Shown piece after piece: positions 15,828 to 25,531 of a stretch of DNA of 64,000 bases. Position 1 is the stretch's first letter, and the number at the start of each line of letters is the position of its first letter. The position numbers were made by a program, and so were the translations under genes. This stretch comes from an uncultured Christensenella sp. (GTDB lineage: Bacteria > Bacillota > Clostridia > Christensenellales > UBA1242), in assembly GCA_949282135.1 (NCBI GenBank), contig CASDOR010000021.1, positions 12,881-76,880 on the forward strand, given 5' to 3'. The notes below the pieces were generated by a model. It saw only the letters and a program-made list of their open reading frames with translations, was not told where the DNA came from and ran no database searches.

Positions 15828-17618
15828 TTAATTATTTTCAATAACCGCCTTTATTCTCCTTACTCCAGCACTACTTGATTCTTCCTTAACAATTCTAAAA
15901 TGCCCTAGTTCGCCTGTGTTCTTTGCGTGCGGTCCACCGCAAATTTCTTTACTAACGTCTCCTATAATATACACCTTTACTTTTTCGCCATATTTATTAT
16001 CAAATATGCCTAACGCCCCCATATTTCTTGCCTCATCCAAAGTCATCTCTTTGCACTCTACTGGAATATTTTTCTTTATTGCATCATTAACAAAATCTTC
16101 TACCTTCTTCTTTTCTTCCTCAGTTAGTTTATGATCACAATTGAAGTCAAATCTAAGACGTTCCTGAGTAATATTACTACCTTTTTGATAAATATCTGGA
16201 CTTATAATGTGCCTTAGTGCCGCCTGTAGTAAGTGTACAGCTGTATGAAGTCTAGTTGTTTGAACACTATCGTCTGCAAGCCCTCCCTTAAACACTTTAT
16301 CAACGTTTGCCTTACTCTTTTCTTGATGAATTTTGAAAGCCTCTTTATAGCCCTCTTCGTCAACTTTTAAATTCTTTTCCTTTGCAAGTTCCTTTGTGAG
16401 TTCTAATGGAAAGCCAAACGTATCATACAACCTAAATGCTGTCTTTCCGTTTAAAACTCCATCTTTTGTATATTTAGCTACTTTTTCAAATTCTCTAATA
16501 CCCAAAGTTAAAGTCTTTGAAAATTTTTCATTCTCAAGTCTTATTTCTGTTTCAATCTTAGTCTTATTTGTTTCAAGTTCTTTATAAAAATCTTTATAAA
16601 TGTTTACTACAACTTCAACTAAATCTACTAGTCTCTCGCCCTCAAAACCTAAATTCCTTGCCGAGTTCATTGCTCTTCTAAGAAGTCGCCTTAAAACATA
16701 TCCCTGTTCAACATTTAGTGGAACAACCCCATCACTAATCATAAAAACAGAAGCTCTTATATGGTCAGCAATAATTCTCATATGTCTCTTTGTCTCATCA
16801 CTACTATTGTACTTAAGACCGCTTATTTTTTCAATTTTATTTATAATAGGTCTAAAAAGCTCACTATCATAAACACTTTCAAGCCCATTTGAAATGTAAA
16901 GAAGTCTATCAAAGCCAAATCCTGTGTCTACATTCTTCTGCGGATTTTGAATAAGTTCTCCATCCTTTGATTTCTTTATAAACTCCATAAAGACATCATT
17001 CCCAATTTCGATATATTTTCCGCAATTACAAGCTGGAGAACAACTGTCACAGCACCTCTTTTTGCCTGTATCAATAAACATCTCACTGTCTGGCCCACAA
17101 GGCCCCACTCCACTAGCAAGAATCCACCAATTATGCTCTTTTGGCAAGAAAAAAATTTGAGAATCTTTAAGTCCACAACTTTTCCAAGCATTATAGGACT
17201 CCATATCTCTTGGAGCATCCTCGTCACCTGCAAAAACTGTTACCGCTAGGTCGTCTTTATTTATATCTAAATACTTTGGACTAGTTAAAAACTCAAAACT
17301 CCACGCAATTTTTTCTTTTTTAAAATAATCTCCTAAACTCCAGTTGCCAAGCATTTCAAAAAAAGTGCAATGATAGTCATCTCCTACATCATCAATGTCA
17401 CCAGTTCTTACACACTTTTGAATGTCAACAAGCCTTTTGCCTAGAGGATGTTTTTCACCAAGAAGATATGGTACAAGTGGATGCATCCCTGCCGTGGTAA
17501 AAAGAACTGAAGGGTCGTTTTCAGGCACGAGAGATGCAGAAGGAATGTAAGCATGCCCTCTCTCTTTATAAAAATCTATCCACATTTTTCTTAATTCTTT
17601 TGCTGTTAATTTTTTCAT
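15828..17618 (-). CDS. alaS: Alanine--tRNA ligase, short form (596 aa, no C-Ala domain)
   Basis: The N-terminus KMWIDFYKERGHAYIPSASLVPENDPSVLFTTAGM is canonical AlaRS. The editing-site motifs HTAVHLL and CGGPH are present. The protein ends about 40 aa after CGGPH. Confidence 0.9.
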   Translation of the reverse strand: MKKLTAKELRKMWIDFYKERGHAYIPSASLVPENDPSVLFTTAGMHPLVPYLLGEKHPLGKRLVDIQKCVRTGDIDDVGDDYHCTFFEMLGNWSLGDYFKKEKIAWSFEFLTSPKYLDINKDDLAVTVFAGDEDAPRDMESYNAWKSCGLKDSQIFFLPKEHNWWILASGVGPCGPDSEMFIDTGKKRCCDSCSPACNCGKYIEIGNDVFMEFIKKSKDGELIQNPQKNVDTGFGFDRLLYISNGLESVYDSELFRPIINKIEKISGLKYNSSDETKRHMRIIADHIRASVFMISDGVVPLNVEQGYVLRRLLRRAMNSARNLGFEGERLVDLVEVVVNIYKDFYKELETNKTKIETEIRLENEKFSKTLTLGIREFEKVAKYTKDGVLNGKTAFRLYDTFGFPLELTKELAKEKNLKVDEEGYKEAFKIHQEKSKANVDKVFKGGLADDSVQTTRLHTAVHLLQAALRHIISPDIYQKGSNITQERLRFDFNCDHKLTEEEKKKVEDFVNDAIKKNIPVECKEMTLDEARNMGALGIFDNKYGEKVKVYIIGDVSKEICGGPHAKNTGELGHFRIVKEESSSAGVRRIKAVIENN

Positions 17619-17628
17619 GTTTTATCCT

Positions 17629-19065
17629 CTAATATTCAATATCATCTATACCTATGTCGCTTGACGAAAAATCCTCTGGTGGTGGAGGCGCAGTCTCTTC
17701 AAGGCTCTTTGTATCATTACTTTTGCCAAGATCAACGAAGGTTGTAATTTCTGGTATCCATTTTACCTTAATGTTAGCTAAAGGTCCGTTTCTATGCTTT
17801 GCAATAATAATTTCACAAACATTTGGTCCATCTTCAAGCTCAACATCACTATATTTTGATGCGTTATAAATAAACATAACAATGTCCGCATCCTGCTCAA
17901 TTGCTCCACTTTCACGAAGGTCACTTAATACCGGCCTATGGTCTTCTTTTCTCTTTTCCACATCACGAGAAAGCTGTGACAAAAGTATAATTGGAACTTG
18001 CAACTCACGTGCAGCAATTTTTAGATTTCTCGTAAGCTCACTAATCTCCTGCTGTCTATTCCCGTCTCTACTCGCCTTATTAGAACTCATAAGTTGTAAG
18101 TAGTCTATCATGACAAGGTCTAAACCTTGCTCTCTTTTAAGTCTCCTACATTTACTTAAAATCTCTGTTGGAGTGTTAAGTGAAGAATCATCTATATAAA
18201 TCTTTGCTTCAGCTAACTTTTTATTTCCCTCCCATAAAGCTTTCCAATCACTTTGTTCTAGCTTCCCAGTTAATGCTTTTTGCATACTCACACCACTAAT
18301 TGAGCATAAAGTTCTCTGTGCAATTTGTTCTTTTGGCATTTCAAGAGAAAACACCGCACAACTGCACTTACCATATAATGCTGCGTTATTGACAATATTC
18401 ATTGCAAGACTTGTTTTACCAAAACCTGGACGCGCCGCAATTAAAATTAAGTCACTTTTTTGTAGCCCATTTGTAACCCTATCGAGTTCACTTAACCCAG
18501 TAGACACTCCTCTAACAACTCCAGCATTTTTATCTATCTCTTCAAATTTACTTAAAACACTTTCAAGAGCCTCATTAATTGGACTAAGTTTTGATGCATC
18601 TTCTTTTTCCGCTATATCAAAAATCTTTTTCTCAGCAAAACCAAGCACATTTTCTTCTTCGCCTTCATATGCCTTATCAATTATTTCTTGACTACTAGAA
18701 ATAAGCTTTCTTAAAATGGAATCTCTTTTAACAATATCAACATAATGTTTTGAATTTGCCGCACTCGGAACAATATTTGTAAGTGCAGAAATATAATCAA
18801 TGCCTCCTACAACGTCAAGGAGACCTCTTCTCTCTAAATCATCTGTTAATGTCACATAATCTATAGGCTTGTTAGAATTATATATTGACTGCATGCTCTC
18901 AAAAATAGTTTTATGAGATGAAACATAAAAGTCGTCAATATTCAAATTCATCATAATGTTTAACATAGCATTTTCATCAAGCAAACAGCATCCTAGTACT
19001 GACTGCTCGGCTTCAATGCTATGAGGTGTAACACGTGCTAAATTGGTCTTTTTTTTCTTTTCCAT
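17629..19065 (-). CDS. dnaB: Replicative DNA helicase (DnaB family)
   Basis: Contains PHSIEAEQSVLGCCL, Walker A ARPGFGKTS, and DYLQLM. It ends in an acidic, proline-containing tail of about 35 aa. Confidence 0.95.
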   Translation of the reverse strand: MEKKKKTNLARVTPHSIEAEQSVLGCCLLDENAMLNIMMNLNIDDFYVSSHKTIFESMQSIYNSNKPIDYVTLTDDLERRGLLDVVGGIDYISALTNIVPSAANSKHYVDIVKRDSILRKLISSSQEIIDKAYEGEEENVLGFAEKKIFDIAEKEDASKLSPINEALESVLSKFEEIDKNAGVVRGVSTGLSELDRVTNGLQKSDLILIAARPGFGKTSLAMNIVNNAALYGKCSCAVFSLEMPKEQIAQRTLCSISGVSMQKALTGKLEQSDWKALWEGNKKLAEAKIYIDDSSLNTPTEILSKCRRLKREQGLDLVMIDYLQLMSSNKASRDGNRQQEISELTRNLKIAARELQVPIILLSQLSRDVEKRKEDHRPVLSDLRESGAIEQDADIVMFIYNASKYSDVELEDGPNVCEIIIAKHRNGPLANIKVKWIPEITTFVDLGKSNDTKSLEETAPPPPEDFSSSDIGIDDIEY

Positions 19066-19200
19066 CTTTTGTCCTTTTTTATTAAACCTAATATGTGACT
19101 TTGATTACAAAACATATTTAAAAAATTTTTAAATCTTAAAATTTAATAAAAATATTTGTTTCTATAATTATCTCGCTTTTTTTGCTTTTAGTCAAGACTT

Positions 19201-19524
19201 TTAATCAGCAAAAGGGTCTCTCTCTTTTTCACTACTACTTTCTCGCTCTTCTTTCTCATCCTTTTTAACAAAAATAACAAGCCCAATAAGACAAGCAAGC
19301 AAAAGTATTCCAATATTAATGAAAAAACTAACAGCTCCATGAAACCATGCAACTTCCTCTGACATAATATAATTAAAAATAATAAGTATTGGAAGAGTGA
19401 TAAGCAAAATAATGCCATACCTTTTTATATATTTTAAGAGTAAGGTCTTAGCATCGTAATACTTTTTCTTATTTACTTGTTCTCTTTTTTGTTTTTCTCT
19501 TTCTTCTTTCTTTTTCTTAGACAT
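19201..19524 (-). CDS. Small membrane protein (K/E-rich termini, 2 TM helices)
   Basis: 107-aa ORF whose stop is adjacent to the upstream gene. Two hydrophobic helices. Confidence 0.6.
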   Translation of the reverse strand: MSKKKKEEREKQKREQVNKKKYYDAKTLLLKYIKRYGIILLITLPILIIFNYIMSEEVAWFHGAVSFFINIGILLLACLIGLVIFVKKDEKEERESSSEKERDPFAD

Positions 19525-19526
19525 AT

Positions 19527-20540
19527 TTAATTTTCCCTATCATTTACTAAGTCATCTACTTTTTTAAGTAACTCTAAACCATCTTTTTTCTTCTTTCTAT
19601 TTTGAATAACAATAATTATGACTCCAACACCTATTATAATAAGTCCAACAAGTATTCCTAAAACATACCACGAAACTTGATTTGCACTTGTACGCCAAAG
19701 CTTAATTTCTCCCATAATATTTCCATTTAAATTCCATGTGTGCATTATTCCATCTTCTGTATCACTTATCTCCCCATCTGAATGGACACGAGAATAAGGT
19801 GTGATAAAATTATATACAAACTCCGCTTCAGTTTCACTTAAATTAAGCTCAGAAACAACTACGTCTACTAATTTTTCTCCAGATAAGTGCCCACTACCAT
19901 TACTTAAATGTAAGTCCTCAAGTAGAACTGCTTCCCCTCCGTCATATGAAAAAGGTGAACATGTTTGAATAACATCAATAGTAAATAGTTTTCTCTCCTC
20001 TTCAACGCTTACTGAGGAAATAGGTATATCAATTAAAGACCCATAATTTTTTGAGTTAATAACAACAGCATTTGCCTCTTCATCATACATATACGCACTA
20101 GGATTAAAGTATAAAATATAAGCATAAATAGACATAAAGGTAAACCCTACCCTAATCGCACCTTGTGTTTCACTCAAATTACTTGGTACAACACTAAAGT
20201 TAGAAAAGTTTTGCAAAATAAAAGAAAGTTTGTCCTCTTCACTAAGCTCTAAAAATCCATTTAACAAACTGTCATACTGTTTTGAAAAAAGATTATAAAA
20301 GTTATCTAGATAAGCAGAATTTAATCCGTCAACATATCCATTTGTTATTTGAATAAGTTTCGTCTTGTCACTTTCTTCTAAGCCTTCCACATTAAATTCC
20401 AAACTCATTTGCACAATACCATTATTGAACTGTCTAGTAGTTAATGTTACTGGAGAACATGCAAACATAAAAAAAGGCATAAGTACACAAAAGATACTTA
20501 GTAGAATTTTCTTAAATTTTACGCCTTTACCCTCTTTCAC
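19527..20540 (-). CDS. Putative lipoprotein with a C-terminal TM anchor
   Basis: Signal peptide with the lipobox-like MFAC. C-terminal helix WYVLGILVGLIIIGVGVIIIVI. Apparent GTG start after GGAGGAG. Confidence 0.7.
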   Translation of the reverse strand: MKEGKGVKFKKILLSIFCVLMPFFMFACSPVTLTTRQFNNGIVQMSLEFNVEGLEESDKTKLIQITNGYVDGLNSAYLDNFYNLFSKQYDSLLNGFLELSEEDKLSFILQNFSNFSVVPSNLSETQGAIRVGFTFMSIYAYILYFNPSAYMYDEEANAVVINSKNYGSLIDIPISSVSVEEERKLFTIDVIQTCSPFSYDGGEAVLLEDLHLSNGSGHLSGEKLVDVVVSELNLSETEAEFVYNFITPYSRVHSDGEISDTEDGIMHTWNLNGNIMGEIKLWRTSANQVSWYVLGILVGLIIIGVGVIIIVIQNRKKKKDGLELLKKVDDLVNDREN

Positions 20541-20673
20541 CTCTCCTCCAATAATCTCAAATATCTTTTTAACAATATATAAAAAGTTTTGCTATTTAAT
20601 TCTTTTAGTTACCACTTATTATAACTTTTATGATTTTGCAAATCAGTTTATTTAAGCTTTTATAAGGCTATTT

Positions 20674-21597
20674 TTAATTATAATTAAATAAATTTCCATA
20701 AATTATTTTCTTAAATTTTTCTATTTCAACATCCACGCAAACGGTCGCATTAGGCTCTTTAGCCCCAAAATCACACTTTATATAACCATATTCTGTGTTA
20801 TCTTTTTTATAATAGTCTATTTTAAGAAAAGCTTGTTCTGTCCTAAATATTTCAGGATTAGATAAAAAGAGTGCAGAACAACTGTCGTGTACCGCTGCTC
20901 CCAGTTTCCCCACGTGATAGTCGTTATACTTTGTAAACATTTTATAAAAAATTTCACCCACCGAATTTGCTCGTTTAATTTTTTGTTGCTCCTCTGGTGT
21001 AAAATATGCTATATGCCCTAGTTCCATTGGCACCATAACAAGAGGAATGTGAGAGTCAAAAACAATTTGCATCGCCTCTGGGTCATATGCCACGTTAAAT
21101 TCCCTATATGGAACAGTGCTTCCATCCTCATCTTTGCTACCACCCATAAAGACAATACGAGAAATAAGGTCTTTTGCCTCAGGATATTTTTTTAGAAGAT
21201 TTGCAATATTAGTCATTGGTCCCATACAAAGGATTGTTGTGTTTTTCGCTGGATTTTCATTTAAGAAAAAATGTATTGCGTCTGGACTTTTTAGTATAAA
21301 AGGCTTAGTCTTTGGAGTCTTAAAAGTATACCCTCCCATTCCTTTTGTCCCTTGAGCAAGTCCAGCGTAAACAGGCTGACGTTTAATAGGCTCACGTGCC
21401 CCTTCACTTACAGGAATATCAACTTTAAAAATTTCAGTAAGTTTAAGAGCATTTTTCATGGTCTCTTCAATAGTTAAATTTCCCGACACTGTCGAGATAA
21501 GTTTTACTTCAATATTTTCGCTGTTGACCGCATTCATTATTGCCATAGCATCATCAATTCCTGGGTCACAATCAATAATCACATAATAATCTTTCAT
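20674..21597 (-). CDS. Nucleoside hydrolase (IUNH family)
   Basis: The N-terminal IIDCDPGIDDAMAI aspartate-cluster signature is present. 307 aa. Confidence 0.9.
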   Translation of the reverse strand: MKDYYVIIDCDPGIDDAMAIMNAVNSENIEVKLISTVSGNLTIEETMKNALKLTEIFKVDIPVSEGAREPIKRQPVYAGLAQGTKGMGGYTFKTPKTKPFILKSPDAIHFFLNENPAKNTTILCMGPMTNIANLLKKYPEAKDLISRIVFMGGSKDEDGSTVPYREFNVAYDPEAMQIVFDSHIPLVMVPMELGHIAYFTPEEQQKIKRANSVGEIFYKMFTKYNDYHVGKLGAAVHDSCSALFLSNPEIFRTEQAFLKIDYYKKDNTEYGYIKCDFGAKEPNATVCVDVEIEKFKKIIYGNLFNYN

Positions 21598-22367
21598 TAT
21601 TTATTCCCTGTTATATTTTCATTTGCTTCTTGTTGCTTACGCATTTTTTCTAATTCTTCAATTCTTTTTTTCATTTCTTCTTTTGATGGAAGAGGTCTAG
21701 TCATCCTATACGCAATTTCAAATTTACTATCTTTTGTATAGAAAATTTCCTTACAATGCCTCTCAACTCTTTTTATAAAATCATCAAAAATTGGTAATGT
21801 ATCATCACTAGAAAGAAGCTTGAACTGAATCATCTCAGTCTTATTTTTTCTTCTTGTTTGCCTATTTTCAATCTTAAGTTTTTCATGCCTTACTTCAACT
21901 TTTAAGCCACCGTATCCAAATAATTTTCTGTTTTCTTGATCAATCTTAATCACCATTATAACCCGCATTTGTTCAAAAAGTTTGTCTGGGTCGAACTGAA
22001 GATTGTTTGAGAACATTGAATTAAGAGCATTGTTTAAAAAAAAGTAATGCTTTGACAATGGATCATTTAAGCCAATTTCTCTTTCTCTTTCATGACTACG
22101 AAGGTTGTCAGAATAATAATACTCTGGCGCAAAATATCTTCTTTTTATTTTAAGTTCAGCCCTATGTCTCCACACACGGCGACGTAACAGCAACTCATTT
22201 TTTTCAAGTAAATTCGCTTCGTTATCATAATAATAGTCCGTCAATTTTGCATGAGTAGGCGAGTCCATAGTATAAGTCGTCATTGTCTCTAACAACTTAA
22301 TTAGTCTCTGATACGTTTTTTCGTCAAAAACGGAATATCTTCTTTCTAACTTAAAAATATTTAACAT
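21597..22367 (-). CDS. CYTH-like (triphosphate tunnel) domain protein, degenerate N-terminal motif
   Basis: KLERRY occupies the place of the canonical EIERKF. DYYYDNEANLLEKNELLLRRRVWRHRAELKIKRR matches the D.YfD...L....lRiR....l.lK pattern. The stop overlaps the hydrolase ATG (TAATG). Confidence 0.45.
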   Translation of the reverse strand: MLNIFKLERRYSVFDEKTYQRLIKLLETMTTYTMDSPTHAKLTDYYYDNEANLLEKNELLLRRRVWRHRAELKIKRRYFAPEYYYSDNLRSHEREREIGLNDPLSKHYFFLNNALNSMFSNNLQFDPDKLFEQMRVIMVIKIDQENRKLFGYGGLKVEVRHEKLKIENRQTRRKNKTEMIQFKLLSSDDTLPIFDDFIKRVERHCKEIFYTKDSKFEIAYRMTRPLPSKEEMKKRIEELEKMRKQQEANENITGNK

Positions 22368-22631
22368 AACAAACTCCTTCTATATTTTAAAGTAAATCTC
22401 CCAAAATCGCAAACAAATTACACCATTAGTTTGTAATAATTTAGTTCAAATATTTTAAATGCTTAAAAAAGAAACTTAATTTTTAGGAACTTTATAGAAA
22501 ACTATCAAAACCTCTTTCAAATATCTAATTTTAAGCAAGATATAATTTTTTGAATTTTTACTTTAATTTTAATTAAGAATTTGTATAAAAATTTGCAATA
22601 GGTCAAAAATTACCAACAAAGGAGAAACAAA

Positions 22632-23228
22632 ATGAACTTTGAAGAATCACAAACAAAAATAAATCTTGCACGTGCTTTTGCTGGAGAGTGTCAAGGCGGT
22701 GCAAGGTATCAATTCATCGCACAAAAAGCAATGCAAGAAAACAAGAAAAATATTCAGATGCTCTTTAAAACTTTAGCCAAAAATGAAATGGCTCATGCTC
22801 GTGTTTTCTGGGATTTAATAGCAAAGCACGGAAAAAAGCCTGTAAAAAATATTGAGATTAAAGCAGGCTACCCTTTTGAAGATGGAGATATTGTAACTAT
22901 GATAAAGTTTGCATCAAATAATGAAAAATCTGAAAATACAACAATATATCCAACATTTGCAAAAATTGCAGAGGATGAAGGTTTTAAAGATATTGCCGAT
23001 AAATTTAAAAAAATTGCCCTTGTTGAAGGAGATCACTTTATGTTGCTTGACGAACTGTATAACAAACTAAAGTCAGGCGAACTATATTCCAGCTCTACCC
23101 CATATGATTGGAAGTGTAGCAACTGCGGACATACAGAGCTTTTAAACGATGCCTTTGAGACCTGCCCACTTTGTGAAAAGACAAAAGACTACATTGAACT
23201 TGACATGATAAAAAGTCCTAGAAAATAA
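22632..23228 (+). CDS. rbr: Rubrerythrin (ferritin-like diiron domain plus C-terminal rubredoxin-like CxxC...CxxC)
   Basis: Contains NLARAFAGECQGGARY, NEMAHA and the C-terminal CSNCGH...CPLCEK. SD AAAGGAGAA. Confidence 0.9.
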   Translation: MNFEESQTKINLARAFAGECQGGARYQFIAQKAMQENKKNIQMLFKTLAKNEMAHARVFWDLIAKHGKKPVKNIEIKAGYPFEDGDIVTMIKFASNNEKSENTTIYPTFAKIAEDEGFKDIADKFKKIALVEGDHFMLLDELYNKLKSGELYSSSTPYDWKCSNCGHTELLNDAFETCPLCEKTKDYIELDMIKSPRK

Positions 23229-23388
23229 TTTATTCTTAATTTTGTCAATTTTACCAAAATAAACAAATTCTATTAGCAACATTCCTACCAAGCTCAAATA
23301 AACTTCAGCTTAATAATATTGTTAATATATAATAAAATTAAAATTTTTTATAAGAAAATAAAGCTCTACAATCCTTAAAATAAAAAAT

Positions 23389-23424
23389 AGTATCACATAG
23401 CATTTGTGATACTTTTCTTTTTTT
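23389..23424 (+). terminator. Intrinsic terminator of rbr
   Basis: AGTATCACA-(7 nt)-TGTGATACT followed by TTTCTTTTTTT. Confidence 0.75.
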
Positions 23425-23452
23425 AGTAGATACTCAAAATTTATTAAAATAT

Positions 23453-24127
23453 CTATTTCCCAATAATTTTATTTGTAATAAAGCTTACAATAACTCCAGC
23501 ACACATAAGAGGATAATAAACAACACTTCCAAGTCCCTTAGTTTTTTCTGGAATTTCTTTTGTATAGACACAATCAACTTGCCCTTTAAAATTAGCTTTT
23601 CTAAGCTCGCTTCTTATTTTTCTTGCAAGTCCATCATTTGAGGTTTTAAAAATATTTGTTACTTCAAATTGTGGTATTTTATATCTATTCCCAGTCCCCA
23701 TTGAGGTAATTAATGGAATGCTTTTTTGACTACAATACAAAATCACCGCCACCTTTGCCTTCACGTCATCTATTGCATCAATTACATAGTCATACTTTTC
23801 ATTTAAAACTTCATGAATATTGCTTTCATCAATCTTAATATTTTTTGAAATAACCTTTATATCTTTATTAATGTTTTTTGCTCTTTCCTTCGCCACCTCT
23901 ACTTTGCTTTGTCCGACAGTATCTGTTAGAGCTAAAATTTGTCTATTAAGATTACTCTTCTCAAAATTGTCAAAATCTACTATTGTAATTTTACTAACAC
24001 CAAGACGTAAAAGCATTTCAAATACAAATCCGCCAACTCCACCAACTCCAAGAAGCGCAATATGTGATGACTTTATTTTGTCAATGTTCTTACCTATAAC
24101 GAGCTCTGTTCTATTTGTTTCTTCCAA
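23453..24127 (-). CDS. tcdA: ThiF/MoeB-family E1-like protein, TcdA-like (tRNA ct6A dehydratase)
   Basis: Contains the LLGVGGVGG nucleotide-binding loop. The size (224 aa) and domain order fit TcdA/CsdL. Confidence 0.7.
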   Translation of the reverse strand: MEETNRTELVIGKNIDKIKSSHIALLGVGGVGGFVFEMLLRLGVSKITIVDFDNFEKSNLNRQILALTDTVGQSKVEVAKERAKNINKDIKVISKNIKIDESNIHEVLNEKYDYVIDAIDDVKAKVAVILYCSQKSIPLITSMGTGNRYKIPQFEVTNIFKTSNDGLARKIRSELRKANFKGQVDCVYTKEIPEKTKGLGSVVYYPLMCAGVIVSFITNKIIGK

Positions 24128-24141
24128 CTAAAGCCTCTCTT

Positions 24142-25500
24142 TTAAACTTTAAAAATGCGTTTAGAAAATTTGAGTTTACCTTTACTTACAGGTGGATATT
24201 TTACTCCGATATCCATTTTTGTTGACTTTTTAAGTACACTCTTTTCGTGTGTAAAAGTATAAAAAGACTGCTTTCCATGATAAGACCCAAGACCACTTCT
24301 TCCTACTCCGCCAAAAGGCAAATTCTTTTCTGTTAAATGCATTACAACGTCATTAATGCATCCGCCACCAAATTCTGAAAACATTTTAACTTTTTCAATA
24401 GTTTCTTTGTCCTCTCCAAAGTAGTAAAAAGCTAGTGGATGGTCAAGAGAATTAATTATGCCAAGTTCCTTATCTAAATCCTCAAATTCAAGAATTGGAA
24501 GTACTGGCCCAAAAATCTCTTCTTGCATTACTTTGTCTTCTCTTGTAACCCCAGTAAGTATAGTAGGCTCAAGTATTTCACCCTTACACTTTCCCCCAAA
24601 ATAAAGTTTGTTTGGATCAATAAGCCCTTGCAATCTTTCAAGTGATTGTTTGTTAATAACCTTTACAAAATCGTCACTCACCTCATCGCCATCATAGTAG
24701 AATTTATTAATATATTTTTTTAAGCTCTCCAAAAACTCATCTTTTATAGAGGAATGCACTAAACAATAGTCAGGTGCGACACAAGTTTGTCCAGCATTTA
24801 AAAACTTCCCCCAAGCAATCCTCTTTGCACTTAAATCGACCTTTGCATCTTTATCAACAATGCATGGGCTTTTACCCCCAAGTTCCAAAACCATAGGAGT
24901 TAAATTATTTGCCTGTGACGATACGAGCTCTTGCGCTTTAAGATAAGAACCTGTATAGAATATAAAGTCAAATTTTGTATTAAATACTTCGTTAATATCT
25001 TCCTCTTTTGTAATAACAGCAATGTATTCTTCGTCAAAAACACTTAGTATTTTTTTAATCACTTGCGTCACATGAGGAGTACTTCTTGATGGCTTAATAA
25101 TAGCTGTGTTTCCTCCTGCAATTACACCAACTAGTGGAGACAATGTAAGTTGAAAAGGATAGTTCCATGGAGAAGCAATTAGCACAACACCATATGGATC
25201 ATAAATTTTATAGCCTTTTGACGGAAAGTTTACAATTGACGTGCTTACCTTTTTAGGCTTTGCAAGTTTTTTCAAGTGCTTAATCATATAGTTTATCTCA
25301 CTCATGACAAGTCCGACTTCGGTAGTCACAACGTCAAACTCTTTTTTGTTTAAATCTTGTTCAAAAGCACTCAAAATTTGATTATAGTACGCGTCAATTT
25401 GAAGTCTAAGCCTCTTTAGTTGCAAAACTCTAAAACCAACATCATATGTTTCTCTTTTTAAAAAATACTTTCTTTGTTTTTCTACAATGTCTTTTAACAT
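24142..25500 (-). CDS. Aldehyde dehydrogenase (class-3-like)
   Basis: Contains ELGGKSP and the catalytic-Cys context GQTCVAPDY. 452 aa. Confidence 0.9.
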   Translation of the reverse strand: MLKDIVEKQRKYFLKRETYDVGFRVLQLKRLRLQIDAYYNQILSAFEQDLNKKEFDVVTTEVGLVMSEINYMIKHLKKLAKPKKVSTSIVNFPSKGYKIYDPYGVVLIASPWNYPFQLTLSPLVGVIAGGNTAIIKPSRSTPHVTQVIKKILSVFDEEYIAVITKEEDINEVFNTKFDFIFYTGSYLKAQELVSSQANNLTPMVLELGGKSPCIVDKDAKVDLSAKRIAWGKFLNAGQTCVAPDYCLVHSSIKDEFLESLKKYINKFYYDGDEVSDDFVKVINKQSLERLQGLIDPNKLYFGGKCKGEILEPTILTGVTREDKVMQEEIFGPVLPILEFEDLDKELGIINSLDHPLAFYYFGEDKETIEKVKMFSEFGGGCINDVVMHLTEKNLPFGGVGRSGLGSYHGKQSFYTFTHEKSVLKKSTKMDIGVKYPPVSKGKLKFSKRIFKV

Positions 25501-25531
25501 ACCTTTACTCCTTTTTTTGTGTAATCTACTC

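Noticed and set aside
17619-17628. T-box leaders upstream of alaS and cysS
   Set aside because: alaS starts 10 nt after dnaB and cysS starts 2 nt after marR. The marR upstream region has no T-box sequence (no GGTGGNAC-type motif) or specifier-loop architecture.
19188-19418. 76-aa alternative-frame ORF within the 19201-19524 gene
   Set aside because: It is on the same strand in a different frame and is fully nested. The longer frame has a start adjacent to the upstream gene stop and a coherent 2-TM architecture.
22563-22576. Palindrome TTAATT-TT-AATTAA upstream of rubrerythrin as a third PerR box
   Set aside because: Its half-sites and spacing (6-2-6) differ from both prx boxes. Such AT palindromes are frequent in this composition, so the evidence is insufficient.
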